Shown piece after piece: positions 8,835 through 18,250 of a DNA stretch of 64,000 bases; the first letter of the stretch is position 1, and every line of letters begins with the position of its first letter. A program made the translations under genes and the position numbers. The stretch is taken from NCBI GenBank assembly GCA_001786835.1, contig MFTO01000013.1, forward strand, positions 1,002 through 65,001. Direction: 5' to 3'. The DNA comes from Candidatus Nomurabacteria bacterium RIFCSPHIGHO2_01_FULL_40_20 (GTDB lineage Bacteria > Patescibacteriota > Minisyncoccia > Phycocordibacterales > UBA9973). Under the pieces are notes generated by a model that had not been told where the DNA came from, did not search any database, and saw only the letters and a program-made list of their open reading frames with translations.

Positions 8835-9191
8835 ATGAAAAAACATTTAGTTATTACCGCCAGTCTGGTTTTCTTTTCTAGCGTTATTTATTACTTTATC
8901 TCTTTATCCTTTAGGATAAGTCCAGAGTCAAAAGAGTTTTGGTTTGGTTTACTTGCTGTTATATTTGCGTCATCTGTTTTTCCCTTCTTAGCGATGTTTA
9001 GATCGTATTCTAAATCTGATGTCGTAATACCTAACATCCCTCTTTTGCTTTTGATGGGTTTCGTTACCGTTATAATACCTCATAGTGGATTACCAGATAT
9101 ACTAACGACAACTTGTATGGGAACAACGATCGCATTAATGGTTTCTGGCATTTACCTATCACGTTGGTGGTCAACAATGAACAAAATATAA
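8835..9191 (+). CDS. Hypothetical membrane protein (about 4 TM)
   Basis: Hydrophobic 118-aa ORF. Confidence 0.7.
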   Translation: MKKHLVITASLVFFSSVIYYFISLSFRISPESKEFWFGLLAVIFASSVFPFLAMFRSYSKSDVVIPNIPLLLLMGFVTVIIPHSGLPDILTTTCMGTTIALMVSGIYLSRWWSTMNKI

Positions 9192-9248
9192 CCTAACTTA
9201 CTCAACCTAGATTAAAATTTATTTTACAATCTAAAAATAAATATCGAA

Positions 9249-9851
9249 ATGAAAACGAACGAGCTGAGTCCAATCAACGGAATCCAAGTTTTTGAAGCTT
9301 TGGGTTCTCAAGGTGATTTTGATTTTCTAGAGAGAAATCCAAATCTATCTTCCGAAAAGCATATAGTACTAGCAACTTGTTATGGAGGTAGTGATTTAGA
9401 ATGGCAGGGAGTTCTCTTTTTTGTGCCGGATAAACGTCGTTACAGTAATGTAGAAGCAAGGGACTATTCCGTTGAAAAAATATCTGAATCAGATATGATA
9501 CAGGTTTTGTGTTGTGACGCTTTCTTCGCACACCTTGATTTGAGGCACTATGATCTGAACATAGCCCTCTTCTTTGTAGACAAGACAGAAGCAGATGACC
9601 TAACCTATAAAGTAAAGTCGTTTGATTCCGTTGAAGATGTTGAATCTGAGGAGAGAGTTGAAGCAAATGTAAAGGACGTTTCAGATGCGCTTGATTTACT
9701 TGCCATGGATTTGCTAATCGGTAGGTATACGAAAATAGCAGAAAGTTTGTATTTTAAAGAAACTTCCACTCTCTTGGGCCTAAAGAAAGTTTTATTAAAA
9801 CTCGAACAGTATAAAAACCACTTTCTTAAATCCTTAAAGATTGCAAAATGA
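9249..9851 (+). CDS. Hypothetical protein
   Basis: 200-aa ORF followed by a terminator. Confidence 0.75.
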   Translation: MKTNELSPINGIQVFEALGSQGDFDFLERNPNLSSEKHIVLATCYGGSDLEWQGVLFFVPDKRRYSNVEARDYSVEKISESDMIQVLCCDAFFAHLDLRHYDLNIALFFVDKTEADDLTYKVKSFDSVEDVESEERVEANVKDVSDALDLLAMDLLIGRYTKIAESLYFKETSTLLGLKKVLLKLEQYKNHFLKSLKIAK

Positions 9852-9904
9852 ATTGTCTGGATACGATACGACCTCTTAGCAAAGTCTACCTATCTAACAA
9901 GCGA

Positions 9905-9934
9905 GCGCTCGTGATTTCGGTCACGAGCGTTTTT
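9905..9934 (+). terminator. Intrinsic terminator
   Basis: GCGCTCGTGA-TTTCGG-TCACGAGCGT then a T-run. Confidence 0.75.
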
Positions 9935-10412
9935 ATTTATAAAATAAAAAATCCCTTCGAGCCATTGCTGACCGAAGGGACACGTTCACCGCACCTGAAA
10001 GTGGATTGAAGAGAGATTGGGCCGTGGTATGTCTCTTGAGCTCTTTATATGCAAAAAACGTATGAATTATCCAGTGAGTCCAGAAGAGCATTCCCACTAA
10101 AAGCAGAAAAAATCCCAGTGATGCTATCGATAACTCAAAAATCCAAAGCGCAGATACATAAAACATCAGAAAAAGCACAATTGAGAGAATTCTCATGACA
10201 CCCTGCATTCTTATCATCCCGTAAACATGTTTTAGAGATATGTAATGATATTTCGGATTTAGGTTGTCTAACCGAGTTACTCTTCTGACGATTTTCTTAT
10301 GAGTGAGAATCATCCAGGCAGTAACGTATCCAAATGAGACGCCTGAGTTAAGAACAATCATCAATCGTAGAATTAGAGGCCAATCAATTGTTGAGTTATA
10401 CATGATCATCAA
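9933..10412 (-). CDS. Hypothetical membrane protein; C-terminus runs through trailer copy 2
   Basis: Three hydrophobic segments; overlaps the upstream ORF. Confidence 0.65.
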   Translation of the reverse strand: MMIMYNSTIDWPLILRLMIVLNSGVSFGYVTAWMILTHKKIVRRVTRLDNLNPKYHYISLKHVYGMIRMQGVMRILSIVLFLMFYVSALWIFELSIASLGFFLLLVGMLFWTHWIIHTFFAYKELKRHTTAQSLFNPLSGAVNVSLRSAMARRDFLFYK

Positions 10413-10818
10413 AGTTTTCAGTTAAGGAATGTTGTTTCGGTCCCATTGGTTTTTTTGCGTTCAGAGTTTGCAAGAGTTCCTTCAGATATTCTCTTGCCTC
10501 TTGCAAGTTGGCGATATCTGATATGTATGTTTCTTGGCTAAGAGAACCTTTATGAAAACGCTCTTCAACTTTCTGTATTCTGTCATCGACCGATGTGAGG
10601 ACTTTAGTAAGGTCATCTTCCGAAGGATGCAACGTTGCTTTTCCTTCGCCTATCCACTCTAAGATAGCAAGGTAGACAACGGCGTCTCCATTAGGAAAAG
10701 GTTCAAGGCTTTCGATACTCTGCGTCGCAAGTTCACCCAGAATGTGATTGTCAATAAAACTGAATGTATCAAAAAACTCCGCAATGGGAATCGACGATAA
10801 GCGCTTTTTTTGTGACAT
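10396..10818 (-). CDS. Hypothetical protein
   Basis: 140-aa ORF with ATG and an AT-rich leader. Confidence 0.7.
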   Translation of the reverse strand: MSQKKRLSSIPIAEFFDTFSFIDNHILGELATQSIESLEPFPNGDAVVYLAILEWIGEGKATLHPSEDDLTKVLTSVDDRIQKVEERFHKGSLSQETYISDIANLQEAREYLKELLQTLNAKKPMGPKQHSLTENFDDHV

Positions 10819-11026
10819 GGTGGTTATATTTAAAAGTCAATGAAAAATTATTTATTTATTTTTACAATACATCTTTTCACGCTTTTTGTAAAGTTTTACT
10901 TTTTTGGATTTAAAATAAAAATCCCCAGCCAAAGTAGCCGGGGACTGAACAGACGCGCTCTCCTCGTATGAGCCGAAAGGAGCCTCTTCTTCCACTGCGC
11001 TTGAAAGTGGAGTTAAAAAATCTTAC

Positions 11027-11344
11027 TTACTCTCGTTGGAGAGTTTTTCTTAGATTGTAGGAAATTTCTCTTGGTCTTAAAGAATACATTTCTTTTTCTT
11101 TTGGGAAAATTTCCTGGTCAATTCCATCGTAAGCGTAAGTTCTTATTCTCGTAGAGCGGGTTTTTCCTTCAAAAGGAATATCCTCTATGTTTTTGATTAC
11201 CTTCTCAGGCTTCCCGAAATTTGGGAACCTTATCGCGAAGTATGTGGCAAATAGAAATGCAATTATAGTACCAATTACAAAAGCAAGATACAGAAAAAAA
11301 TAATCCCATCCGGTAACTGTTAGAAAAAATGATTGAAGTATCAT
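11027..11344 (-). CDS. Hypothetical single-TM protein
   Basis: 105-aa ORF followed by trailer copy 3. Confidence 0.65.
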   Translation of the reverse strand: MILQSFFLTVTGWDYFFLYLAFVIGTIIAFLFATYFAIRFPNFGKPEKVIKNIEDIPFEGKTRSTRIRTYAYDGIDQEIFPKEKEMYSLRPREISYNLRKTLQRE

Positions 11345-11515
11345 GGCTTAATATTTAATTTTTTAAGAAGATTCTTATTTGATAATATTTTACCATTTAA
11401 AAGAAACTTGCACTAGGCTTGGATAGTATGTTGAACTAGTTGAAAAATTTTAGGGAATGTGGTATTAATTAAGCAGATTTCGTTGAAATTTTCTCACTCA
11501 AAAATACAAAACGTT

Positions 11516-12064
11516 ATGAAAAAGATAATTTCAAAGTTCTTGGATAGAACAAGAAAGATGAGCAATTTGGTGTTTATGACTGTACTTGTCATTATCTTTT
11601 TACTTCCATCAATAATACTACTAGTTATTCCATCGCTGTACATTTCAAAACATATTGAAAACCCAATTATCGCATTTGGTGGTTTAGCGTACTATTGCGT
11701 ACTTCTTATAATGGCCATGAAAGTGTTGTACTCGTTGAGGCCTAAAAATTGGGAGGACGGAAGTAAACGTAGTGGGAGAGCAGATCCAGAAAGTCAGTCA
11801 TTTTCTTCTCTTTCAGAGAAAATAATATTCGCATATTTGCGACGCGAATTGTCACCATCTGAACATGAACGAGTTGAAAAAATAATTTCGGAAAGTATCT
11901 TGACTTACCCTGTTTTCGAAAAAATACTAGGGGCTTACAAATCTTATCTTAGAAGATACGGTGACAGGGCAGAAGAAGTCATGGAAGCAGACCATAAAGA
12001 GTTCGATGAATTTACCGACCAATACTTTACTGAAATGAAGCAGAAAGATCCTGAGTTAAATTAA
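11516..12064 (+). CDS. Hypothetical 2-TM protein
   Basis: Likely start MKKII; terminator at about 12092-12121. Confidence 0.7.
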   Translation: MKKIISKFLDRTRKMSNLVFMTVLVIIFLLPSIILLVIPSLYISKHIENPIIAFGGLAYYCVLLIMAMKVLYSLRPKNWEDGSKRSGRADPESQSFSSLSEKIIFAYLRRELSPSEHERVEKIISESILTYPVFEKILGAYKSYLRRYGDRAEEVMEADHKEFDEFTDQYFTEMKQKDPELN

Positions 12065-12121
12065 CTCAGAAAGTAAGAAGGTGAAAATAATGCCCATTCA
12101 GAAATGTTTGGGCTTTTTTTA

Positions 12122-12694
12122 TTAAATTCCTAATTCTCTAAGTTCAATTTCAAGAGATTCAGTATCTATAAACAAAATACTTTTTATACCAAGGGCTTCA
12201 CTGGCTTTGATGTTTTCTTCCCGGTCGTCTATGAATATTGTTTCTTCTGGAGAGAGTCCGGAGCGCTCTAGGGCGATACGATAAATTTTTGGTTCGGGTT
12301 TTATAGCTTTAATTTCGAAAGATACTACTATGTCGTCGAACAACTTTTTTAAGTTGTTTTCTTCCATTAATTGCTCAAAGAATGGACGGGTAGCATTACT
12401 TAAGAGAATTATTTTGTAATTTGCTTTTAGCTTTTTTATTAATTCTATAACCCCCCTATTAATCACTGCCAGCTTTAACCACGCCTTACGAACCTCTTTT
12501 GGGTCCTCTTGCGCTAGCTTACCCATAGCCTCAAAAAGTTCTTCTTCCGTGATTTCTTCTTTATCAGCTATCGGTCCGTATCTTTTTTCTATCTCTTTGG
12601 CTTTTTCATCCCCGAATTTACTTTTGAGCCAAACGATACCAACCTCACTTGAGACCACACCATAGAAATCAAAAATGATGGCTTTATAATTCAT
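12122..12694 (-). CDS. HAD-superfamily phosphatase
   Basis: IIFDFYGV, LSNA, KPEP.IY, FIDDR..N. Confidence 0.92.
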   Translation of the reverse strand: MNYKAIIFDFYGVVSSEVGIVWLKSKFGDEKAKEIEKRYGPIADKEEITEEELFEAMGKLAQEDPKEVRKAWLKLAVINRGVIELIKKLKANYKIILLSNATRPFFEQLMEENNLKKLFDDIVVSFEIKAIKPEPKIYRIALERSGLSPEETIFIDDREENIKASEALGIKSILFIDTESLEIELRELGI

Positions 12695-12712
12695 GATTTT
12701 AGTATAGCAAAA

Positions 12713-12934
12713 TTAGGTAAACATAGAATGATAAACAGTCCAAAATAAATCATAAGGCCAAGTAAGGGCAGGAACTACAAACCACCAAAAAAAAGTTATT
12801 ATATTACCGCTTAGTGAACCTGTCCAAATAAAAGCTGATGGTCCAGAAATGAATAGTCCCTTTATCTCTAAGACAAGAGAAATCACCAACCCAATTCCAA
12901 GGTAAAATATCGCAATTTGCTTGATTGTTTTCAT
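12713..12934 (-). CDS. Small membrane protein
   Basis: 73 aa, two hydrophobic segments; ATGA overlap with the upstream ORF. Confidence 0.65.
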   Translation of the reverse strand: MKTIKQIAIFYLGIGLVISLVLEIKGLFISGPSAFIWTGSLSGNIITFFWWFVVPALTWPYDLFWTVYHSMFT

Positions 12935-13260
12935 AATTTTGACTCCTTAGGATTACAAGACCATTCGACGGGTGGACAAGCATTTGGACATCCTCCTGCT
13001 CTGTCACAAAACCCTCCACAACGAGACACAATTTTCTTCGTATTTTTATTTACATAATAAAATGGACCGTCTACTTCAGCCATACAGTTAATAGATATCA
13101 AATCTCCGCATTCAGCAACAAGTTCACACTCTGAACCCTCTAATGTATTTAGAATTTCAGTGTATTCTTTTTTAGTCTCTTTTGCTGATAAAAGATATCC
13201 TACAAGAACGATTACTAAAATTATAATTGATGCTATGTAAAAATAAGTTTTCTTTTTCAT
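12931..13260 (-). CDS. Cys-rich secreted or membrane-anchored protein
   Basis: N-terminal TM segment; CELVAEC..C.AEVDGPFYY..CGGFC..C...CPP.W.C. Confidence 0.75.
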   Translation of the reverse strand: MKKKTYFYIASIIILVIVLVGYLLSAKETKKEYTEILNTLEGSECELVAECGDLISINCMAEVDGPFYYVNKNTKKIVSRCGGFCDRAGGCPNACPPVEWSCNPKESKL

Positions 13261-13302
13261 ATTTTTAGTACATATAAGTTCGAAAGTATTAGATTGGAAC
13301 AA

Positions 13303-13752
13303 CTATGGTTGACCCCAGTCTAAAAGTTCGGTAAAGCGAAGATAGTATCCATAGGGGTCAGCCATACGAAAGTCATGCCAGACCCTATAGTCGTCCCTGC
13401 TTTCTTGTAGTTCTTTTACAATGTACTGTGGTAAATTACTTTTTACCATTGAATAGAAATCTTCAATATTAGATGTTGGCATTGTTAATTCTATTGCATA
13501 GCCACGTATGGTATCTCGTGGGAATTTCTTAAAATACGACTGATTAAAAACCCTATCATCGTCTCCATAAAAATTAATAATTGTATCTCCTAATTTGTCT
13601 TTTCGCTTTAACACAAGATATCCGGGATAGTTTTTTCCTTTTTTGTCTTCACTAATAACCTCAAAACCTAACTTTGAGTAAAATTCTTTAACTTTACCAA
13701 AATCTGGGATATGTAGTTCAATAATAAGGTTATTGTTTATTTTACTTTTCAT
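13303..13752 (-). CDS. VOC/glyoxalase-family protein
   Basis: ELHIPDF...EFYSKLGFEV and FRMADPYGYYLRF. Confidence 0.85.
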   Translation of the reverse strand: MKSKINNNLIIELHIPDFGKVKEFYSKLGFEVISEDKKGKNYPGYLVLKRKDKLGDTIINFYGDDDRVFNQSYFKKFPRDTIRGYAIELTMPTSNIEDFYSMVKSNLPQYIVKELQESRDDYRVWHDFRMADPYGYYLRFTELLDWGQP

Positions 13753-13797
13753 AAAGTTATTATAATCACGTCTAGTCTCGGCATATAGTTATTATTT

Positions 13798-14493
13798 TTA
13801 CTCTATTCCTTCTTTTACTTCCTCTTCTTCTCCCTCTTCCTCTAGCCCAAAAGTTTCTTGAATCAAAGGCTCAAGCTTATCTATGTCTTGAAATCCGGTA
13901 TACAAATCCCCTTCTACCACTAAGGCGGGGAGTTTGGTATCTTCTATTTTATAAATCGCGAGCATCGCTTCCACTGCCGAGAGGTCGGTGGAAAAATCAA
14001 AAGAATAAACCCGCAATTCCGGATACTTGTTTTTCAGCCGTGAAAGCACGAGTCCTTGGCGTTCACATTCACTGCAATTTTCCGCGGTAGTGTAAAAATA
14101 AAGAACAAAAGCGTATTTAAAACCACAACGAGAAGATATTTGCTTCATCAAAAGATAATCCTTGATTTGGAGAAGTGAATAATATTTTCTCAAATATTCC
14201 ACCTCTTCTGTTTTACCTAGATTACTCTCGCCCCATTCTAGCTTTGCTCCGAGCTCTCCCAATAAATCAGAGAGCACCGAAAAACCGGAGACATTTTTAC
14301 AAGAGAGTTCGGAGAGGAGCGCAAACTGCGTTTCGGAAGATAAAATATCAAGCGATATTTCGTCTTGGATTAGTTTTAATTGGTTAATTTTTTTGGTGCT
14401 GAAATAATCGCTCAAGTAGCTCGCCGAAAGAAAAAGCGTCAGAGTGATAAGAAATACGATAAAATATTTTTTCCAATCAACGTTGTTTTTCAT
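13798..14493 (-). CDS. Membrane-anchored protein with a C-terminal thioredoxin-like CxxC
   Basis: TM helix, coiled region, YFY....CSEC, LPALVV. Confidence 0.7.
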   Translation of the reverse strand: MKNNVDWKKYFIVFLITLTLFLSASYLSDYFSTKKINQLKLIQDEISLDILSSETQFALLSELSCKNVSGFSVLSDLLGELGAKLEWGESNLGKTEEVEYLRKYYSLLQIKDYLLMKQISSRCGFKYAFVLYFYTTAENCSECERQGLVLSRLKNKYPELRVYSFDFSTDLSAVEAMLAIYKIEDTKLPALVVEGDLYTGFQDIDKLEPLIQETFGLEEEGEEEEVKEGIE

Positions 14494-14505
14494 GTTTTAA
14501 AATAT

Positions 14506-15747
14506 TTAGCGCCAAGAAGGTCTTTTAGCGACAATCGTATTGTAAATAGAACTGAAAAGCCAAAATGGAGCAACGACACTATAAATTGAAAAGAAATACA
14601 GAATATGGAGAGGAAAGACTTTTTTCTCCGCTATTTTATGCCCTAAAACGATGGACACAATAACGAGAGAGTATAGGATTAAAATGACAAAAAGAACAGA
14701 TTTGGTATTTATAAAAAAAGGGTCAAAATTATAAAATGGAGAACTAAATTCAAAACCCACCGTGCGCAATTCTACAATTTTGCCTTCTACGAAATTCCAT
14801 AAACGAATTGCGATGCGACTAAAAAGATAACTCGCGGCAATAATGGAAACAATCCCCGCGGGCACGGTGAAAAGTGAAAAATTCCCATATTTTTTCTGAA
14901 ATAAAACCCCGCGATAATCAATGGTGTTGTTGATAAACCCGTAAATCCAGCGCAACCTTTGTTGATAAAGTCTCCTGACTGAAGACGGAGTATTGGTATA
15001 AACAAAAGCATCGTGGCATTGTTCTATTTTCATATGATTCTTTTGCATCCGATAGGCTATTTCCATGTCTTCGGTATTATGCGCGCTTCGATAAGGACCT
15101 AACTCTTCAAAAACCTTCCTGCGAAAAATAGTAAGCGGTCCCGGAGTCACGTGGATAGCATTTATGAGTCCTAGCATTTTCTTTACATAAATAGACATAT
15201 AATATTCGGCTTTCTGAGCATATTCTATAATATTTTTTGGGTTGCTTACTTCAATAGATGGCGCAACCGCCATAGTGCTCTCATCTCTTTCAAAATAGCT
15301 CATAATACGCACGAGCGAATCCGAATCCACATAAGAATCCGCATCTAGACATCCGGAAAATTCGGTATCACAATTCTCAAGTCCTAAATTAAGCGCCGTG
15401 TGCTTGCCACCATTTTCTTTATGAAAGACTTTGACGTTTGAATATTTGGCAAATTTTTGAATAATATTTAATGTGCCATCCGTGGAACCATCGTCCACTA
15501 AAAAAATTTTTAGTTTTTCTTTGGGATAGTTCAGGTCGAGAAGCGAGCGAACTGTTTTATAAATCGTGCGCTCTTCGTTGAAGCAAGGCACAGTGACTGT
15601 CACAGTGGGGTATCTGGCGAGCACTACCTTGCCTTTCCTGTTTTTGATTGTTTTACGGTTCTCCAAGAAAGTAACGAGCAAAAACACTTGGACGTAAACC
15701 GCCAAGAAAGTAAGAACATAAAAAATAATATTGAAAGTCGTAGCCAT
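14506..15747 (-). CDS. GT2 processive-type membrane glycosyltransferase
   Basis: VPCFNEE, DDGSTD, DADS, TED, QRLRW. Confidence 0.93.
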   Translation of the reverse strand: MATTFNIIFYVLTFLAVYVQVFLLVTFLENRKTIKNRKGKVVLARYPTVTVTVPCFNEERTIYKTVRSLLDLNYPKEKLKIFLVDDGSTDGTLNIIQKFAKYSNVKVFHKENGGKHTALNLGLENCDTEFSGCLDADSYVDSDSLVRIMSYFERDESTMAVAPSIEVSNPKNIIEYAQKAEYYMSIYVKKMLGLINAIHVTPGPLTIFRRKVFEELGPYRSAHNTEDMEIAYRMQKNHMKIEQCHDAFVYTNTPSSVRRLYQQRLRWIYGFINNTIDYRGVLFQKKYGNFSLFTVPAGIVSIIAASYLFSRIAIRLWNFVEGKIVELRTVGFEFSSPFYNFDPFFINTKSVLFVILILYSLVIVSIVLGHKIAEKKVFPLHILYFFSIYSVVAPFWLFSSIYNTIVAKRPSWR

Positions 15748-15785
15748 ATGTCCTTACATTATAACAACTTTTGGGTAAAAAGGCA

Positions 15786-15815
15786 AAAGCGCGCCGGCAT
15801 ACGCCGGCGCGCTTT
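15786..15815. terminator. Intrinsic terminator hairpin
   Basis: AAAGCGCGCCGGC-ATAC-GCCGGCGCGCTTT. Confidence 0.8.
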
Positions 15816-15826
15816 ATTGAGTAAAT

Positions 15827-16165
15827 CTACATTTTCATTTCAGTTTTTCCTCCCATTCCTCCTCCACTCATAGTATCCCTCCCGCCACAAGACATGCAAA
15901 CTCCTTCTTTGCATTTTTTGCACCTGCAACCAAAAATTTTCACAAGAGCGGAGATGCCCACTAAGAGATATACCAGTCCCTCAAGGAGAGGTATAGAGCC
16001 CAAGAGCATGTTTATTACATTCCAAGAGCCTACGCTACCTAAGAGCATTCCAAGGCCCATCAGACCCCAATTGAGTCCTCCCGCGATAAGCAGAAAATTC
16101 CCGATTTTGCTCGTAGTGCAGTGCGCTCCTTTACAACAGCATCCATCTTTACAATTTGCACACAT
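15827..16165 (-). CDS. DUF378-like membrane protein with Cys-rich termini
   Basis: LLIAGGLNWGL.G...VYLLVGISAL; likely start MCANC. Confidence 0.8.
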   Translation of the reverse strand: MCANCKDGCCCKGAHCTTSKIGNFLLIAGGLNWGLMGLGMLLGSVGSWNVINMLLGSIPLLEGLVYLLVGISALVKIFGCRCKKCKEGVCMSCGGRDTMSGGGMGGKTEMKM

Positions 16166-16189
16166 ATTTTTATTAAAAATTATTTTTAT

Positions 16190-16223
16190 AAACCCCGCCT
16201 TTTCGACAAAAGAGGTCGGGTTT
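16190..16223. repeat. Intergenic REP-like hairpin
   Basis: AAACCCCGCCTTTT-CGAC-AAAAGAGGTCGGGTTT. Confidence 0.55.
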
Positions 16224-16299
16224 GGTATTAATATTTCCATTATACCATATCGCAAAAAAATGCTACAATATATCACATTAGAAATAAACAAAAAAAATC

Positions 16300-16995
16300 A
16301 TGGAAAATGCAACAGAAAATACAAAAGAAAACAATAGTCAAAAGCCGATGGACTCAAAACCGATAGTTGGGGCAATACTGATAGTGGGGATAATGATAGC
16401 TGGGGCTATATTGCTCAAAGGAGGAGGTGGCGTAAATACTTCATCCAAAACCCCCATATCTAAGGAAGACCATATATTGGGAAATCCTAAAGCAGAAATC
16501 GTAATTGTAGAATATTCTGATACCGAATGCCCTTTCTGTAAAGTTTTCCACCAAACCATGCATCAGGTAGTAAACAAAAGCGAAGGAAAAGTCGCTTGGG
16601 TTTACAAACATTATCCAATCGAAGGACTGCACCCTAAAGCGCCCCTTGAAGCCGAAGCCACCGAATGCGCTTGGGAACAAGGAGGCAATACTGTGTTTTG
16701 GGAATATATAGATGAAGTATTTTTGCGAACAGAATCCAACAACAAGCTTGACCTGGCAGAATTGCCGAAAATAGCAGAAAGTCTAGGTCTTGATGTAGGG
16801 AAATTTAATTCCTGCGTTGACAGCGGAAAGTATAAAGAAAAAGTGCAAAGTCATATAAGCGATGGCAACCTAGCGGGTGTCCGTGGCACACCCTCTTCCT
16901 TTATTCTAAAAAATGGAAGCGTGGTCGGCACTATCCCCGGCGCGCAATCCTTTGAAGGCGTAATGGCGCAACTCGAGACACTTTTGATTGACTAG
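16300..16995 (+). CDS. DsbA-family thiol-disulfide oxidoreductase
   Basis: [17 protein letters not shown]-terminal TM segment. Confidence 0.93.
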   Translation: MENATENTKENNSQKPMDSKPIVGAILIVGIMIAGAILLKGGGGVNTSSKTPISKEDHILGNPKAEIVIVEYSDTECPFCKVFHQTMHQVVNKSEGKVAWVYKHYPIEGLHPKAPLEAEATECAWEQGGNTVFWEYIDEVFLRTESNNKLDLAELPKIAESLGLDVGKFNSCVDSGKYKEKVQSHISDGNLAGVRGTPSSFILKNGSVVGTIPGAQSFEGVMAQLETLLID

Positions 16996-18221
16996 TCAAA
17001 ATAGTTCTTAAGTCGAGAGATTTTTTCGTGACTGCGGAGTTTTTCGTGGACTTTGGCTTCAATTTGGCGGATACGTTCACGGGTCACACCAAATTCTTCC
17101 CCTACTCGCTCTAAGGTATGCTGAATGCCATCTATAAGTCCATAGCGCATTTCCAAGATTTTTCGCTCTTTGGGATTTAATTCGTCTAGCACGCTTTTGA
17201 TTTGGTCGGAAAGAATTCTTCTGGACGAATCTTGGTCCGGGCGGAGAATCTTGTCGTCGGGAATAAAGTTCTCCAGCGTTGACTTGTCGTCATCGTCCCC
17301 CACTGGTTGTTCCAGCGAGATAGTTTCTTGAGAAATATTTTCAATCACGTGAATTTTTTCAACCGGGATACCCATCTCGGTCGCTATTTCCTCTGCTAGT
17401 GGCTCCCGGCCCAAATCTTGACTAAGTCTCCGATGCACTTGTTTATATTTGGAAATTGTTTCCACCATGTGGACCGGTATACGAATGGTGCGGGATTGGT
17501 CTGCGAGCGCTCTGGTGATAGACTGGCGAATCCACCAAGTGGCATAAGTAGAAAATTTATATCCCTTTGTCCAATCAAATTTCTCCACCGCTTTAAAAAG
17601 ACCCAAGTTCCCCTCTTGAATTAAATCAAGTAAATTTAAGTTCGCGCTTCGACCCACATATTTCTTGGCAATAGACACCACCAAGCGCAGATTTGCCCGA
17701 GCCAGCAGATTTTTTGCTTCCAAATCTCCTTTTTCTATTCTCCTGGCAAGTTCTTTTTCTTCGCTCGCATAAATGAGTGGATACTGCCCAATTTCTTTTA
17801 AATACATCTGAATAGAATCGTGAATAGCTGATTTATTTAAATCAAGATTACTAGGGTCATTATCAAGATTGAGAAGATTCCCTCCTTCGAGTACATCTAT
17901 ACCAGCAACTCCAAATTTTTCATATAGCTCGTCTAGAAATAAAATATTATTTTCAATATTTGGGAATGTCTTCAAAATTTCATCATAGGTTATAAAACCG
18001 CGCTTCCGCCCTTTTTCAATCAAGATATCGGACCGATGAAGCAGTTCTTCCGCCTTTTTTTCGGCAACAGTTGGTTTTTTTAGTTTAGGGACAGACTTCT
18101 TTATAATTTTTTTCTTAACCCTCTTAAATTTTTTGGTTTTTTTAACCTTTTTTGTCTTAGCTCTTTTTAGAGCTTTTTTCTTTTTATTCAGCTTTTTATT
18201 CTTCATTTTTTTCTTTTTCAT
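16992..18221 (-). CDS. rpoD: RNA polymerase primary sigma factor with a Lys-rich N-terminal tail
   Basis: [44 protein letters not shown]. Confidence 0.95.
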   Translation of the reverse strand: MKKKKMKNKKLNKKKKALKRAKTKKVKKTKKFKRVKKKIIKKSVPKLKKPTVAEKKAEELLHRSDILIEKGRKRGFITYDEILKTFPNIENNILFLDELYEKFGVAGIDVLEGGNLLNLDNDPSNLDLNKSAIHDSIQMYLKEIGQYPLIYASEEKELARRIEKGDLEAKNLLARANLRLVVSIAKKYVGRSANLNLLDLIQEGNLGLFKAVEKFDWTKGYKFSTYATWWIRQSITRALADQSRTIRIPVHMVETISKYKQVHRRLSQDLGREPLAEEIATEMGIPVEKIHVIENISQETISLEQPVGDDDDKSTLENFIPDDKILRPDQDSSRRILSDQIKSVLDELNPKERKILEMRYGLIDGIQHTLERVGEEFGVTRERIRQIEAKVHEKLRSHEKISRLKNYFD

Positions 18222-18250
18222 AATTCTTATCTTTTGATTTATCTTGGGGC

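Noticed and set aside
7401-13790. Prophage or integrative element at tRNA-Thr
   Set aside because: No integrase, phage structural genes or duplicated tRNA 3' end seen.
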